DNA from: Deltaproteobacteria bacterium
GTDB taxonomy: Bacteria; Desulfobacterota; Binatia; UBA12015
DNA length: 40,834 nt
Direction of reading: 5' to 3'
NCBI GenBank assembly: GCA_009885395.1
Contig: VFKT01000027.1
Coordinates: 1 to 40,834 of the forward strand
The notes under the pieces are model-generated. The model was not told where the DNA came from, made no database searches, and saw only the letters and a list, made by a program, of their open reading frames with translations. The translations under genes were made by a program, and so were the position numbers. Each line of letters opens with the position of its first letter. Position 1 is the first letter of the stretch. Below, in pieces: positions 17,070 to 25,373 of this stretch.

Positions 17070-17636
17070 TCAGCTTTTGGCGCGGGAAACGTATTCGCCG
17101 GTGGCGGTATCGACGCGGATCGTTTCGCCGGGCTCGATGAAGCTCGGCACCTGCACGATCAGGCCGGTCTCGGTGGTGGCCGGTTTGAGCTGGGCCGAGG
17201 CGGTGGCGCCCTTGATCCCCGGGGCGGTCTCGGTGATTGTCAGATCGACCGTCTTCGGCAACTCGACGCCGATCGGCCGGCCTTCGTGGAATTCGATTTC
17301 GATCTGCGTGTTGGGCAGCAGGTAAGCCTCGCTGCCAGCCAGATCTTCCTGGCTGAGCGCGATCTGTTCGAAATTCTCGGCGTCCATGAAATGCCATTTT
17401 TCGCCGTCGCCGTAGAGAAACTCCATCATCCGCTGTTCAAGCTGTGCCCGGTCGACCCGGTCCTCGGAACGGAAGCGATGTTCGGTGCCGTTGCCGGAAC
17501 GCAGGTTGCGCATCTTGGTCTGCACCATGCCCCGCCAATTGCCGGGGGTGATGTGGATGACGTTCTGGATGCGGTGCAGGTCGCCGTTGTGCACGATGAC
17601 CATGCCGGGTCGCATGGATGTAGCGTTGATGAGCAT
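17070..17636 (-). CDS. efp: Elongation factor P family protein (EF-P/EfpL-like) with an atypical loop tip
   Basis: Three-domain EF-P-like sequence runs over 188 aa (GDGEKWHFMDAENFEQ; ETAPGIKGATASAQLKPATTETGLIVQVP; TGEYVSRAK). The loop reads TPGNWRGMVQTKMR, where E. coli has KPGKGQAFARVKLR. Confidence 0.88.
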   Translation of the reverse strand: MLINATSMRPGMVIVHNGDLHRIQNVIHITPGNWRGMVQTKMRNLRSGNGTEHRFRSEDRVDRAQLEQRMMEFLYGDGEKWHFMDAENFEQIALSQEDLAGSEAYLLPNTQIEIEFHEGRPIGVELPKTVDLTITETAPGIKGATASAQLKPATTETGLIVQVPSFIEPGETIRVDTATGEYVSRAKS

Positions 17637-17726
17637 GGTTCGGGACTTCGCCTCTCCGACAGGTTGCAGCGGTTTACCGCGTTTCGGGTAGCCGTTGCGG
17701 CTCGCTCCTGCACCCCTTGGGCGGGC

Positions 17727-18191
17727 TCAATGCCGAAGCGAGAATGTGATGGTGGCGAGCAGCAGCAGCGCGACGCTGATCGCCGCGCCGCGCAAACGGG
17801 CGGCAAGGGAGTTGATCCGGGCGGCTTCGGGGGGCTCGCCATAGCCCTCCTCCCGCACCAGCCGGTGGCCGATGCCCATCGAAAGCCAGGTGCCTGCCAT
17901 CACCACCAGAAAGGCCAGCCCGAGTTTACTCGCAAAATGCTGCGCAAAACTGGTGAAATACTCGAAACCCAGGTCCTGCTTCAGTCCGGTCACCTGGTAG
18001 GCACCGGTCATCACCAGCACCCCAAGCAAAGCGATCAGCGCCGGATCGATCACCTTGAGAACCGAGGCCAACGCGGCCCGGGTCGCAGCCGCATCCCCCA
18101 GCCGTCGGCTGCGGGGCACAACCACAAACGCCAGCCCCAGACAGAGCCCAAGCGTCAACGAAGCGGCGAGAACATGAAGAATATGCAGCAC
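17727..18191 (-). CDS. Hypothetical 4-TM membrane protein
   Basis: Only the C-terminal 154 codons of track ORF 17727..18590 look protein-like (hydrophobic helices). I propose the GTG start at 18191; the upstream part covers an intergenic repeat region. Confidence 0.5.
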   Translation of the reverse strand: MLHILHVLAASLTLGLCLGLAFVVVPRSRRLGDAAATRAALASVLKVIDPALIALLGVLVMTGAYQVTGLKQDLGFEYFTSFAQHFASKLGLAFLVVMAGTWLSMGIGHRLVREEGYGEPPEAARINSLAARLRGAAISVALLLLATITFSLRH

Positions 18192-18232
18192 GAGGATCTT
18201 CAGTAGCTGTAGACGGGGGCGCGAAAAAGGGT

Positions 18233-18384
18233 GCGGATGCAGGTGGCGTGCGCTTCCACCGACACGCGCGCTCGCGAGTTGAGGGGGCCGCTGCTCGAAC
18301 CCTTGCGCCGGATGCGGGTTCCACCGACACGCGCGCTCGCGAGTTGGCATCGTCGCCGCCACGGTCCGGGCCCGGATGCGGGTT
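18233..18384. repeat. Intergenic direct repeats: a perfect 28-mer twice with 65-nt period, plus a 12-mer twice to three times
   Basis: TTCCACCGACACGCGCGCTCGCGAGTTG occurs at 18254-18281 and 18319-18346 (28/28 identical). CGGATGCGGGTT occurs at 18309-18320 and 18373-18384, with a degenerate copy near 18233. The 28-mer contains the palindrome CTCGCGAG. Confidence 0.9.
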
Positions 18385-18453
18385 CGGCCCGCACAGGTGC
18401 TAGAAAAGCAGCGCCTGCTGGCTGCGCGCCCGGGCCAGACCGGGGGGCCCAAG

Positions 18454-18759
18454 ATGACGATGCAGATCGAGACGCAAGACCAGCCTCTTGGCGACGCTGC
18501 CCCGGCGGCCGACGAGGCCGACCCAGTCTGGCTCGCCGTCGGCCAGGTGGTGCGCTTCTCTCCGGGCCTGCGCACCGGCACCGTCCGCATCGCGGGTGGC
18601 CGGAATGTCGAGTTTGACCTCCGCTTCGTCGAGGTGCGCGGGCCGGGCCGGCGCTTCCCGACCGAATGGCTGCGACTGGGTCTTGAAGTGGGCTACGACG
18701 TGGCCTGGACCCAACGCGGGCTGCGCGTCTGCACGCTCTTTCCTTTGCCGCAACAGTGA
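18454..18759 (+). CDS. Hypothetical small protein
   Basis: The ATG at 18454 gives a 101-aa protein, with a beta-rich-looking segment VVRFSPGLRTGTVRIAGGRNVEFDLRFVEV. I recognise no family. Confidence 0.45.
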   Translation: MTMQIETQDQPLGDAAPAADEADPVWLAVGQVVRFSPGLRTGTVRIAGGRNVEFDLRFVEVRGPGRRFPTEWLRLGLEVGYDVAWTQRGLRVCTLFPLPQQ

Positions 18760-18803
18760 ATCCGGCTCTTGCGCCCGAGGGTACTTTTACCCGACGGGAC
18801 GAG

Positions 18804-18822
18804 GCGGCACAGGCCGTGCCGC
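18804..18822. terminator. Hairpin between convergent genes
   Basis: GCGGCAC-aggcc-GTGCCGC forms a 7-bp stem between the stops at 18759 (+) and 18830 (-). There is no U-tract. Confidence 0.35.
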
Positions 18823-18829
18823 GCGCCGT

Positions 18830-19612
18830 CTACAAGGGCAGCGAGGTGCGGAAGGCGACGTAGCGGCCAAGCAATTCGCCGACAAGCACGGCAAGAGTCG
18901 CAATATAAAACAACCCGGTCGCAGCCATGGTCTGCGGGATGGCGAGCACCCGCCCGAGCAGGGCAGCCATGCCGAGGCCCGCCACCGGTCCGAGCAGAAT
19001 CCGCATGCCGATGATCGGCAGGTTTTGCGATAGAGCGACGCTCTCCGAGGGCCAGAGCAATGCGAATGCGACGCCGAGAAAGAGGATCTGGGCCCAGAGG
19101 GTGCCGACGAACCATTTGAAGGCGCGCTGAAAGGGCTCGATCTCCAACCCGGGATCGACCAGGTACCAATGCCCGATCAGCATCCCGTTGACGACGCTGC
19201 CGAGCAGGAGAGCACCCGTGATTCCGTCAAGCGCTCCGAGCACGGGATGGCCCGGGGTCAGGCCCGCGGCCGCGACGGCCACCGCCACCAGACCCGCTAA
19301 GAGGCTGGCTGCATAGAGCCGCGCCCGCCAAGCCTCGCGTTCGCCCCAAAGTGTGACCATATAGCCGACACAAAGGAGGAGAAAGCTGGCCCAGAGCACG
19401 CATTCCACCGGGCTGATGCCGCTCAAGGGTCGGGTCAACCAGAGCCAGAACGTGCCGCCGGCGCCGACCAGCAACATGCTCAGGAAGACGCCGACGCTGG
19501 ATTTGTAGTAGCCGCGCGCCATATCGTGAAAGGGCGGCACGGCAAGAGCGAGCAGGCCGCCTGCGGCGAGCTGGCAAAAAACGAGCAGATAACAACGGGC
19601 GAAGAGCGTCAT
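18830..19612 (-). CDS. Hypothetical polytopic membrane protein (about 7-8 TM)
   Basis: From the ATG at 19612 (MTLFARCYLLVFCQLAAGGLLALAV...) the 260-aa protein is continuously hydrophobic. The 5' part of the track ORF is not protein-like. Confidence 0.65.
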   Translation of the reverse strand: MTLFARCYLLVFCQLAAGGLLALAVPPFHDMARGYYKSSVGVFLSMLLVGAGGTFWLWLTRPLSGISPVECVLWASFLLLCVGYMVTLWGEREAWRARLYAASLLAGLVAVAVAAAGLTPGHPVLGALDGITGALLLGSVVNGMLIGHWYLVDPGLEIEPFQRAFKWFVGTLWAQILFLGVAFALLWPSESVALSQNLPIIGMRILLGPVAGLGMAALLGRVLAIPQTMAATGLFYIATLAVLVGELLGRYVAFRTSLPL

Positions 19613-19638
19613 TCCGGGTCCGATCGAGCCGTGGTAGC

Positions 19639-20514
19639 ATGCGCGCCTGCATGCTGAAGCCCCGCCGCAGACGCCCCTCGCTCTGGCCCCTGATGGTCGT
19701 ATTTTGGGTTTTGTCGGGCGTGACGATGCCTCTGCCGATTGCAGCCATGCCCGGGCCCGGGGATGCGGCCGATCCGCTGCCCGAAATCCGGCTCGACCTC
19801 CAGCGGCTTCAAGAAGCGGTCGATCGACTGCAAAGGACGATGGATACCATGGTCCAACGCGGTCTGGTGGTGGGCCCAGCCAAGCCGGAGAGCGAGCGCA
19901 AGCCTTTGATCGACCCAAGCCAGCTTTTCGGGCGCGCCATCGAGAAGGGCCAACGACTGGGGCCGGCTGACGCTCCGATCCAGATCCTCGCCTTTGCCGA
20001 TTTCGAATGCCCCTATTGCGCCCGCAGCGCGGGCATCGGTCCGCACCTGGTCCGCGAGAGCAAGGGCGAGGTCGCCTATGTCTTCCGCAACAATCCCCTG
20101 AAGCGCCATAAACGGGCGATCGAAGCCGCTCGTGCGGCCTGGGCGGCGGGGCAGCAGGGGAAATTCTGGGAAATGCATGACGCGATCTTCAAGGTGGGAC
20201 GCAAGCTCAAAGATGTCGATTTCATCGAGATGGCGAGCGGCCTTGGATTGGATCGGGAGCGCTTTGCGACGGATCTGAGTTCACCGCAATCACTTCGTTT
20301 GGTGGAGCAAGATCTTTTCACGGCGCGCCTGATGCAGGCCAGGCAGACCCCGACTTTTTTCGTCAACGGCAAGAAGATTGTTGGCGCCGATATCGCGATT
20401 CTGGTCAATGCCGTCGACGCGGCGCGCGAGCAGATCCAGCAGGATCAGGTCGCTTCAGAACCTGTGCCGGAAGCCGAGGACGCCCCGGCGGCGGCCTCTT
20501 CCCGTGCACCCTGA
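19639..20514 (+). CDS. DsbA-family thiol:disulfide oxidoreductase with N-terminal signal/anchor
   Basis: It has the active site FADFECPYCA, the GKFWEMHDAIF helical insert and the cis-Pro region QTPTFFVNGKKIVGA. The N-terminus reads KPRRRRPSLWPLMVVFWVLSGV. Confidence 0.8.
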   Translation: MRACMLKPRRRRPSLWPLMVVFWVLSGVTMPLPIAAMPGPGDAADPLPEIRLDLQRLQEAVDRLQRTMDTMVQRGLVVGPAKPESERKPLIDPSQLFGRAIEKGQRLGPADAPIQILAFADFECPYCARSAGIGPHLVRESKGEVAYVFRNNPLKRHKRAIEAARAAWAAGQQGKFWEMHDAIFKVGRKLKDVDFIEMASGLGLDRERFATDLSSPQSLRLVEQDLFTARLMQARQTPTFFVNGKKIVGADIAILVNAVDAAREQIQQDQVASEPVPEAEDAPAAASSRAP

Positions 20515-20609
20515 GCCGCTCCGCTGGATCGCAAAAGCTCGACGCCATCGTTACGGCTTGCCCGAGCTCGTTGTCCGGGCCATGCTGGAGCAGCCCAAAG
20601 GAGGAGACC

Positions 20610-21026
20610 ATGATGACGCAGCGACGAAGCTGGTTCTTCCGTCTGACGACGGTGATGACCTTGGTGATCGGCAGCCTTGCCGCCGTCCCGGCTCGGGCCG
20701 ACGAGGATCTCTGGGCCTCGGATCTGAGCATCGACGAAAGCTTGGAAATCGAGGCGATAAATCGCCGCCCCTCGGGGCCGGTACCCTCCGGCACGCGCGC
20801 CTTGACCTCGATTGCGGCTGTTTTGATGAACGTGGTCGTGATGCCCTTGCGTTTTGTGGTCGGGATCGCCGGCGCCGAACTGGGTGGTCTCACAGGTGCA
20901 CTGACTCTTGGCGATGAGAAGGCGGCGGCCGGGATCTGGAATGTGACGACCGATGGCTCCTATACCGCGACGCCCGAGGCCATCGAGGGCGAGCAGCCGC
21001 TGGCGTGGGGCGGCAACCACCCGTGA
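20610..21026 (+). CDS. Hypothetical secreted/membrane-associated protein
   Basis: AAAGGAGGAG lies upstream of the ATG at 20610. The signal-like N-terminus is MMTQRRSWFFRLTTVMTLVIGSLAAVPARA, and a hydrophobic segment ALTSIAAVLMNVVVMPLRFVVGIAGA follows. Confidence 0.5.
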   Translation: MMTQRRSWFFRLTTVMTLVIGSLAAVPARADEDLWASDLSIDESLEIEAINRRPSGPVPSGTRALTSIAAVLMNVVVMPLRFVVGIAGAELGGLTGALTLGDEKAAAGIWNVTTDGSYTATPEAIEGEQPLAWGGNHP

Positions 21027-21073
21027 AGCCCGCACCTTTGTCGCTTCGCCGGCTGGCCTGATAAAGCCATTGC

Positions 21074-21721
21074 GTGGCCGAGGGCATCAAACGAACGACG
21101 GTCGGTGAGGTACTCGATCTCGCGCTGGATCTCGAGCGCAAGACGATGGCGCTCTACGCCGAAATCATGCGTTGTTTCGGCGATGAACCGGAACTGCGGC
21201 AGTTCTGGTTCGGCATGGCCAAGAACGAGGCGGCGCATTGCGGCGCGCTGATGCTCGTCGGCTGCATCCTGCGCAACGAACCCGAATTGGGGCTCGATTC
21301 GCGGATCCTCTTCGATACCCATACCGGGATCCGCCTGCGTTCACTCTTGACTGGTTTCCGGCGCGAGGTGCGCCGTGGCGTCGTCGCCGAGCGGGCCTTT
21401 GAGATGGCGCTGGACCTCGAGAGTTCCGAGCTTGAGGACGTGGTGGTCGATCTGCTCAAGGTGGTGCAGGATCCGGCCTGGCGCGACCGTGCCGTCAAGA
21501 TGCTGATCCACGATCTCGGCGATCTGAGCTACATGATCGAGAAGCACACCTCGAACGCAGCCCTGCTGGCGCGCGCCGACGGCCTGCTCGAACGCCGCCT
21601 TGGCTACGGCCATGGACCCGCCGAATCCACGCCGGGGCGCGGCAGCAAGCCAGCATCAAGCCGTCCTGCCGCCGGCGGCGGCACGGTCGGGCGCCGCGGG
21701 AAAACAGCGCGGGGCGCGTGA
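21074..21721 (+). CDS. Ferritin-like/diiron four-helix-bundle-like protein of unknown function
   Basis: Spaced carboxylate/His motifs are present (LDLERKTMALY, AKNEAAHCGA, LDLESSELEDV, LIHDLGD). The C-terminal tail is disordered and G/R/P-rich. The start is GTG. Confidence 0.6.
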   Translation: MAEGIKRTTVGEVLDLALDLERKTMALYAEIMRCFGDEPELRQFWFGMAKNEAAHCGALMLVGCILRNEPELGLDSRILFDTHTGIRLRSLLTGFRREVRRGVVAERAFEMALDLESSELEDVVVDLLKVVQDPAWRDRAVKMLIHDLGDLSYMIEKHTSNAALLARADGLLERRLGYGHGPAESTPGRGSKPASSRPAAGGGTVGRRGKTARGA

Positions 21722-21742
21722 GCACCCGACCGGCCGCACGCC

Positions 21743-21794
21743 GGTCCCGGCGACCGGGCGCGTTGGGGGGAGTTGCGCCCGGGTTGCCGGGACC
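21743..21794. terminator. Long imperfect inverted repeat between convergent genes
   Basis: GGTCCCGGCGACCGGGCGC-13 nt-GCGCCCGGGTTGCCGGGACC pairs as 8 + 9 bp with a small bulge. It lies between the stops at 21721 (+) and 21803 (-). Confidence 0.45.
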
Positions 21795-21802
21795 GACCGG
21801 GG

Positions 21803-22045
21803 TCAGTTGCTGAAGGTCGCGGCGCGAACCGCCAGCGGCGGCGGCTCAAAAGGCCCGAAGGGCGTGCCGCGCTCCTCGGAGAGTTTGGCGATGCAGGCGC
21901 GCGCCAGCTTGCTCGGGCTGGCATGGCCATTCTCCCAGCGGTTCACCGTACTTACGGTGATTCCGAGGGTATGGGCGAATTCTTCCTGCGTCATCTCAAG
22001 ACGTCGTCGCAGGTTCCGGATGGGGTTCTCTGTACCGTTCAACAT
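21803..22045 (-). CDS. XRE-family helix-turn-helix transcriptional regulator
   Basis: The motif LRRRLEMTQEEFAHTLGITVSTVNRWENG is a classic Cro/C1 HTH. AAGGAGG lies upstream of the ATG at 22045. The protein is 80 aa. Confidence 0.8.
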   Translation of the reverse strand: MLNGTENPIRNLRRRLEMTQEEFAHTLGITVSTVNRWENGHASPSKLARACIAKLSEERGTPFGPFEPPPLAVRAATFSN

Positions 22046-22183
22046 GATGGTAGCCTCCTTGGATGCCTCTGCATCTCTCCCAATGAGACGCATGGCGGAG
22101 CGCATCTATTCAAAGGCCAGAGCTTGTTTTCCGCTGGGGGGCGGCGAGACTCCGGGGCAGGGGCTAGAAGGTGCGTCCTGACC

Positions 22184-23182
22184 ATGCCTGCCGTTGCATG
22201 CGCAAAAGCCCGGGCCAACGTCGCCCTGGTCAAGTATTGGGGAAAACGAATCGGCCCCGGAAACCTTCCCGCCGTGGGCAGCCTTTCGCTCACTCTCGAC
22301 GGCCTTCTGGCGATCGCGCGGGTTGGACCGCGGACCGAAGGCAGCCCGGCTTTTCTCAACCGGGCTCAGCCGGTTGGTGGAGTGGCGGCGGAGAGGATGG
22401 AAGCTTTCCTCGATCGTTTGCGCGGACTCGTCCCCGACGCGCCACCTCTCGCCGTGGATGTCGAGGTCAATTTCCCGGTGGGTGCGGGTCTGGCGTCGTC
22501 GGCAGCTATTTTTTGCTCGACGACAGCGGCGGCACTCTCCGTGCTCGGCGTCGTCTGCGATCGGAGCCAGCTCTCGCGCTTGGCCCGGGAGGGTTCGGGT
22601 TCGGCCGCGCGCTCGGTGCACGGGGGGTTCGTCGAATGGCGTCGCGGCGTGCGCCCCGACGGCGAGGACTCGGTGGCGGAACCGTTGCTCGCCGCTGAAG
22701 CATGGCCCTTGGCGATGGCGGTTGCTGTTGTTGAGCCAGGGCCCAAGGCCTTTGCGTCGCGTGATGCCATGGCTCACGTCGCCGCGACCTCGCCATTTTT
22801 TGCTGCATGGGTACAGGCACAGGAGGCTGATCTGGTTTCGGCTCGGGCGGCGCTGGTCGCTCGCGATCTCGAAAGTCTCGGCCGGATCACCGAAGAGAAT
22901 TGTCTTCGTATGCATGCCACCTGCCATCTGGCGCGGCCCGCAATACTTTATGCACGACCGGCAACCCTGGCGGCGATCGGGGAGATCCGGCGGATGCGGG
23001 CCGATGGCCTGGCCGCCTGGTTCACCATGGATGCCGGACCGCAAGTCAAAGCACTTTGCCGAGCGGAGGATCTCGAAGCCGTGGCACAAAGGCTCTCTGT
23101 GGTGCCTGGGGTCCGACAGGTTCTGCGCGCCGGGGCAGGGCCAGGTGTTGAGATGCTCGAGGGGGATGTGCCGTGGCGCTGA
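22184..23182 (+). CDS. mvaD: Diphosphomevalonate decarboxylase
   Basis: Motifs ANVALVKYWGKR, FPVGAGLASSAA, REGSGSAARSVHGGFVEW and MHATCH are present. I trimmed track ORF 21773 to the ATG at 22184. Confidence 0.9.
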   Translation: MPAVACAKARANVALVKYWGKRIGPGNLPAVGSLSLTLDGLLAIARVGPRTEGSPAFLNRAQPVGGVAAERMEAFLDRLRGLVPDAPPLAVDVEVNFPVGAGLASSAAIFCSTTAAALSVLGVVCDRSQLSRLAREGSGSAARSVHGGFVEWRRGVRPDGEDSVAEPLLAAEAWPLAMAVAVVEPGPKAFASRDAMAHVAATSPFFAAWVQAQEADLVSARAALVARDLESLGRITEENCLRMHATCHLARPAILYARPATLAAIGEIRRMRADGLAAWFTMDAGPQVKALCRAEDLEAVAQRLSVVPGVRQVLRAGAGPGVEMLEGDVPWR

Positions 23183-24264
23183 GGGTTTCTGCGCCGGGCA
23201 AGCTCTTCGTCGTCGGCGAGTATGGCGTGCTGCTCGGTGGTCCCGCCGTTGTCGCTACCGTCGACCGTCGTCTCGTTTGTCGTATTCAGGGTTCATGCTG
23301 GCCGGCGCGACTGGAACTGCGCTCGGCGGAGCTTGCCGCCAGTTGGGAAACGAGTTCGGGTCCCCCCGACGAACTGCCGCAGGGTCTCCGCTTCGCCGCC
23401 GAGGCCCTGCGCAGTGGCCTCGCTGCGGCTCGTCCGGCGCAGGAGGACCGCTTGCCGGAGGGAGTCCTCCAGGTTGAAATCGAGCAGGGTCTCGACGGTC
23501 GAGACAGCAAGCTCGGGCTTGGCGGAAGCAGTGCCGTTGTCGCGGCGGTGCTGGCTGCGGTGCAGGCGCACCTCGACGGGGGAGCGCTGGCCGTAGGCGA
23601 AGATCGACGTGCCCTCGCCGTGCGGGCGATGCTCGTCCACAGGAAGGCGCAGGGTGGGGGTTCGGGGGTCGATGCCGTCGCTGCCGTTCTGGGGGGGACG
23701 ATCTTCGTTCGCGCCAGCCTTCCTGGGCCGGGCGAGCCTGACGATGTTGAGTCTGTGATTGTATCGGCGATCCCCTTGCGGCTGCCAGAATCGCTCAAAT
23801 TTTATGCGGTAGCGACGAAGCGCGCCGCCAGCAGCGGCCCGCGTGCCGACCGCTTCATCGCTGTCGCGCAGGGACAAGGGCCGCTCGGGGCAGCTGGAGC
23901 CAAGCTGCTTCGCGATTGGTCAAGCGCCATCGAGGCTTGTGTCATGGAGTTCCGGGATGCCTGTCACCAGGGGGAAAGCCCCTCCGTGCTGGCCGCTTTC
24001 GGGCGGGCCGGTCGGCTGCTCACCGTGCTGGAACGGTTGGCGGGCCTGCCGATCCAGAGCGCCGGCCTGCGGCGGGCCTGTGCGATTGCAGCCGGGCTGG
24101 GTGTGGTCGCCAAGCCCTCTGGCGCGGGTGGTGGTGATTGTGCGATTGCGATCGTCCAGCAGCACCAGGTTCAGGGTCTATGTCAGGCCTGGCGCGAGGG
24201 CGGCTTGGAGCCGCTCGATCTACGTTTCGGGGACGAGGGTATTCGACTCGAGGAGGCGGCTTGA
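23173..24264 (+). CDS. mvaK2: Phosphomevalonate kinase (GHMP family)
   Basis: Motifs APGKLFVVGEYGVL, KLGLGGSSAVVAAV and KPSGAGGGDCAIAIV are present (compare the streptococcal PMK motif KSSGAGGGDCGIAL). The GTG start overlaps the mvaD stop. Confidence 0.88.
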   Translation: MALRVSAPGKLFVVGEYGVLLGGPAVVATVDRRLVCRIQGSCWPARLELRSAELAASWETSSGPPDELPQGLRFAAEALRSGLAAARPAQEDRLPEGVLQVEIEQGLDGRDSKLGLGGSSAVVAAVLAAVQAHLDGGALAVGEDRRALAVRAMLVHRKAQGGGSGVDAVAAVLGGTIFVRASLPGPGEPDDVESVIVSAIPLRLPESLKFYAVATKRAASSGPRADRFIAVAQGQGPLGAAGAKLLRDWSSAIEACVMEFRDACHQGESPSVLAAFGRAGRLLTVLERLAGLPIQSAGLRRACAIAAGLGVVAKPSGAGGGDCAIAIVQQHQVQGLCQAWREGGLEPLDLRFGDEGIRLEEAA

Positions 24265-25373
24265 AGATCGAACGTAAGGCGTCGCCGAAAAACGCGAAAA
24301 AATCCTCGCGCATCGGAGAGCGCAAGCAGGCGCATCTCGATCTTTGTCTCGAAGAGGACGTCAGCGCGGCGGAACGCACCACCCTGCTCGAAGAAGTGGA
24401 TCTGATCCATGACGCACTCGCTGATCTGGCGATGGAGGAGATCGATCTGGAGACACGCTGGCTTGGGCACCGGCTTCGCTTGCCGCTGCTCATCACCGGC
24501 ATGACCGGCGGCACCGCCCAGGCCGCCCGCATCAACCGCGATCTGGCAACGCTGGCGGCTGAACTTGGCATTGCCTTCGGTGTCGGCAGCCAGCGCGCGA
24601 TGGACGAAGATCCCGATCTCGCCTGGACCTTCGATGTCCGCCGCGAGGCGCCGGATCTCCTTCTGTTGGCAAATATTGGGATCGCGCAGGCCAGGTCGTT
24701 GCCCGTGGCTCGGGTCCAGCGCCTGGTCGAAGGCATCGCAGCGGACGCGCTTTGCGTCCATCTCAATCTTGCTCAGGAACTCGTCCAGCCCGAGGGTGAT
24801 CGCGATTTTCGTGGCGGGCTGAAAGCGATCGGGAAACTGGTTCGTGCGCTTGATGTGCCGTTAGTGGTCAAGGAGACGGGTTGCGGCTTGTCGGGCGCGG
24901 TTGCCGAGCGCTTGCGCGGAGTCGGGGTGCGCGATGTCGATGTTTCGGGGGCGGGCGGCACGTCCTGGATTCGCGTCGAGGCTCTTCGCGCGCCGGAAGC
25001 CGCCGAGCTCGGCGAGGTTTTGCGCGATTGGGGCATTCCAACGGCCGCGAGTCTCCTCGGCGCGCGGGCGGCGGGCTTGCGTTGTGTCGCCAGCGGCGGC
25101 ATTCGCAACGGGCTTGACGTCGCGCGCGCGCTGGCGCTCGGGGCATCGATCGCCGGTGTCGCGCTGCCGGTCTACCGGCGCTACCGCGCTGATGGCGTCG
25201 AGGGAGCGCGGGCGCAATTGCGCGCCTTCGAGCGTCAACTTCGGACGGTTATGCTCTTGACGGGAAGTCGGCGGCTCGTCGAACTGGCGCGTGCACCCCG
25301 TCTGCTGGGGCCTCGGCTTTCCGCGTGGCAGCGCTTTTTTTCGCGCGCGCCGCGTGGGGCACGCGCAAAATGA
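24261..25373 (+). CDS. fni: Type 2 isopentenyl-diphosphate delta-isomerase (FMN-dependent)
   Basis: Motifs RKQAHLDL, LLITGMTGG, FGVGSQRA, VVKETGCGLS, DVSGAGGTSW and ASGGIRNGLDVARALALGA are present. The TTG at 24261 follows AGGAGG and overlaps the PMK stop (TTGA). Confidence 0.88.
   Translation: MKIERKASPKNAKKSSRIGERKQAHLDLCLEEDVSAAERTTLLEEVDLIHDALADLAMEEIDLETRWLGHRLRLPLLITGMTGGTAQAARINRDLATLAAELGIAFGVGSQRAMDEDPDLAWTFDVRREAPDLLLLANIGIAQARSLPVARVQRLVEGIAADALCVHLNLAQELVQPEGDRDFRGGLKAIGKLVRALDVPLVVKETGCGLSGAVAERLRGVGVRDVDVSGAGGTSWIRVEALRAPEAAELGEVLRDWGIPTAASLLGARAAGLRCVASGGIRNGLDVARALALGASIAGVALPVYRRYRADGVEGARAQLRAFERQLRTVMLLTGSRRLVELARAPRLLGPRLSAWQRFFSRAPRGARAK

Noticed and set aside
18228-18390. 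A CRISPR-like look: a repeat of about 38 nt (CGGATGCGGGTT + 28-mer) alternating with unique segments of about 26-28 nt.
   Set aside because: Only two full copies exist. The first copy carries a 9-10-nt insertion, and the third is degenerate after 12 nt. No cas genes are present, and the region sits in a divergent promoter. I report it as an intergenic direct repeat rather than a CRISPR array.
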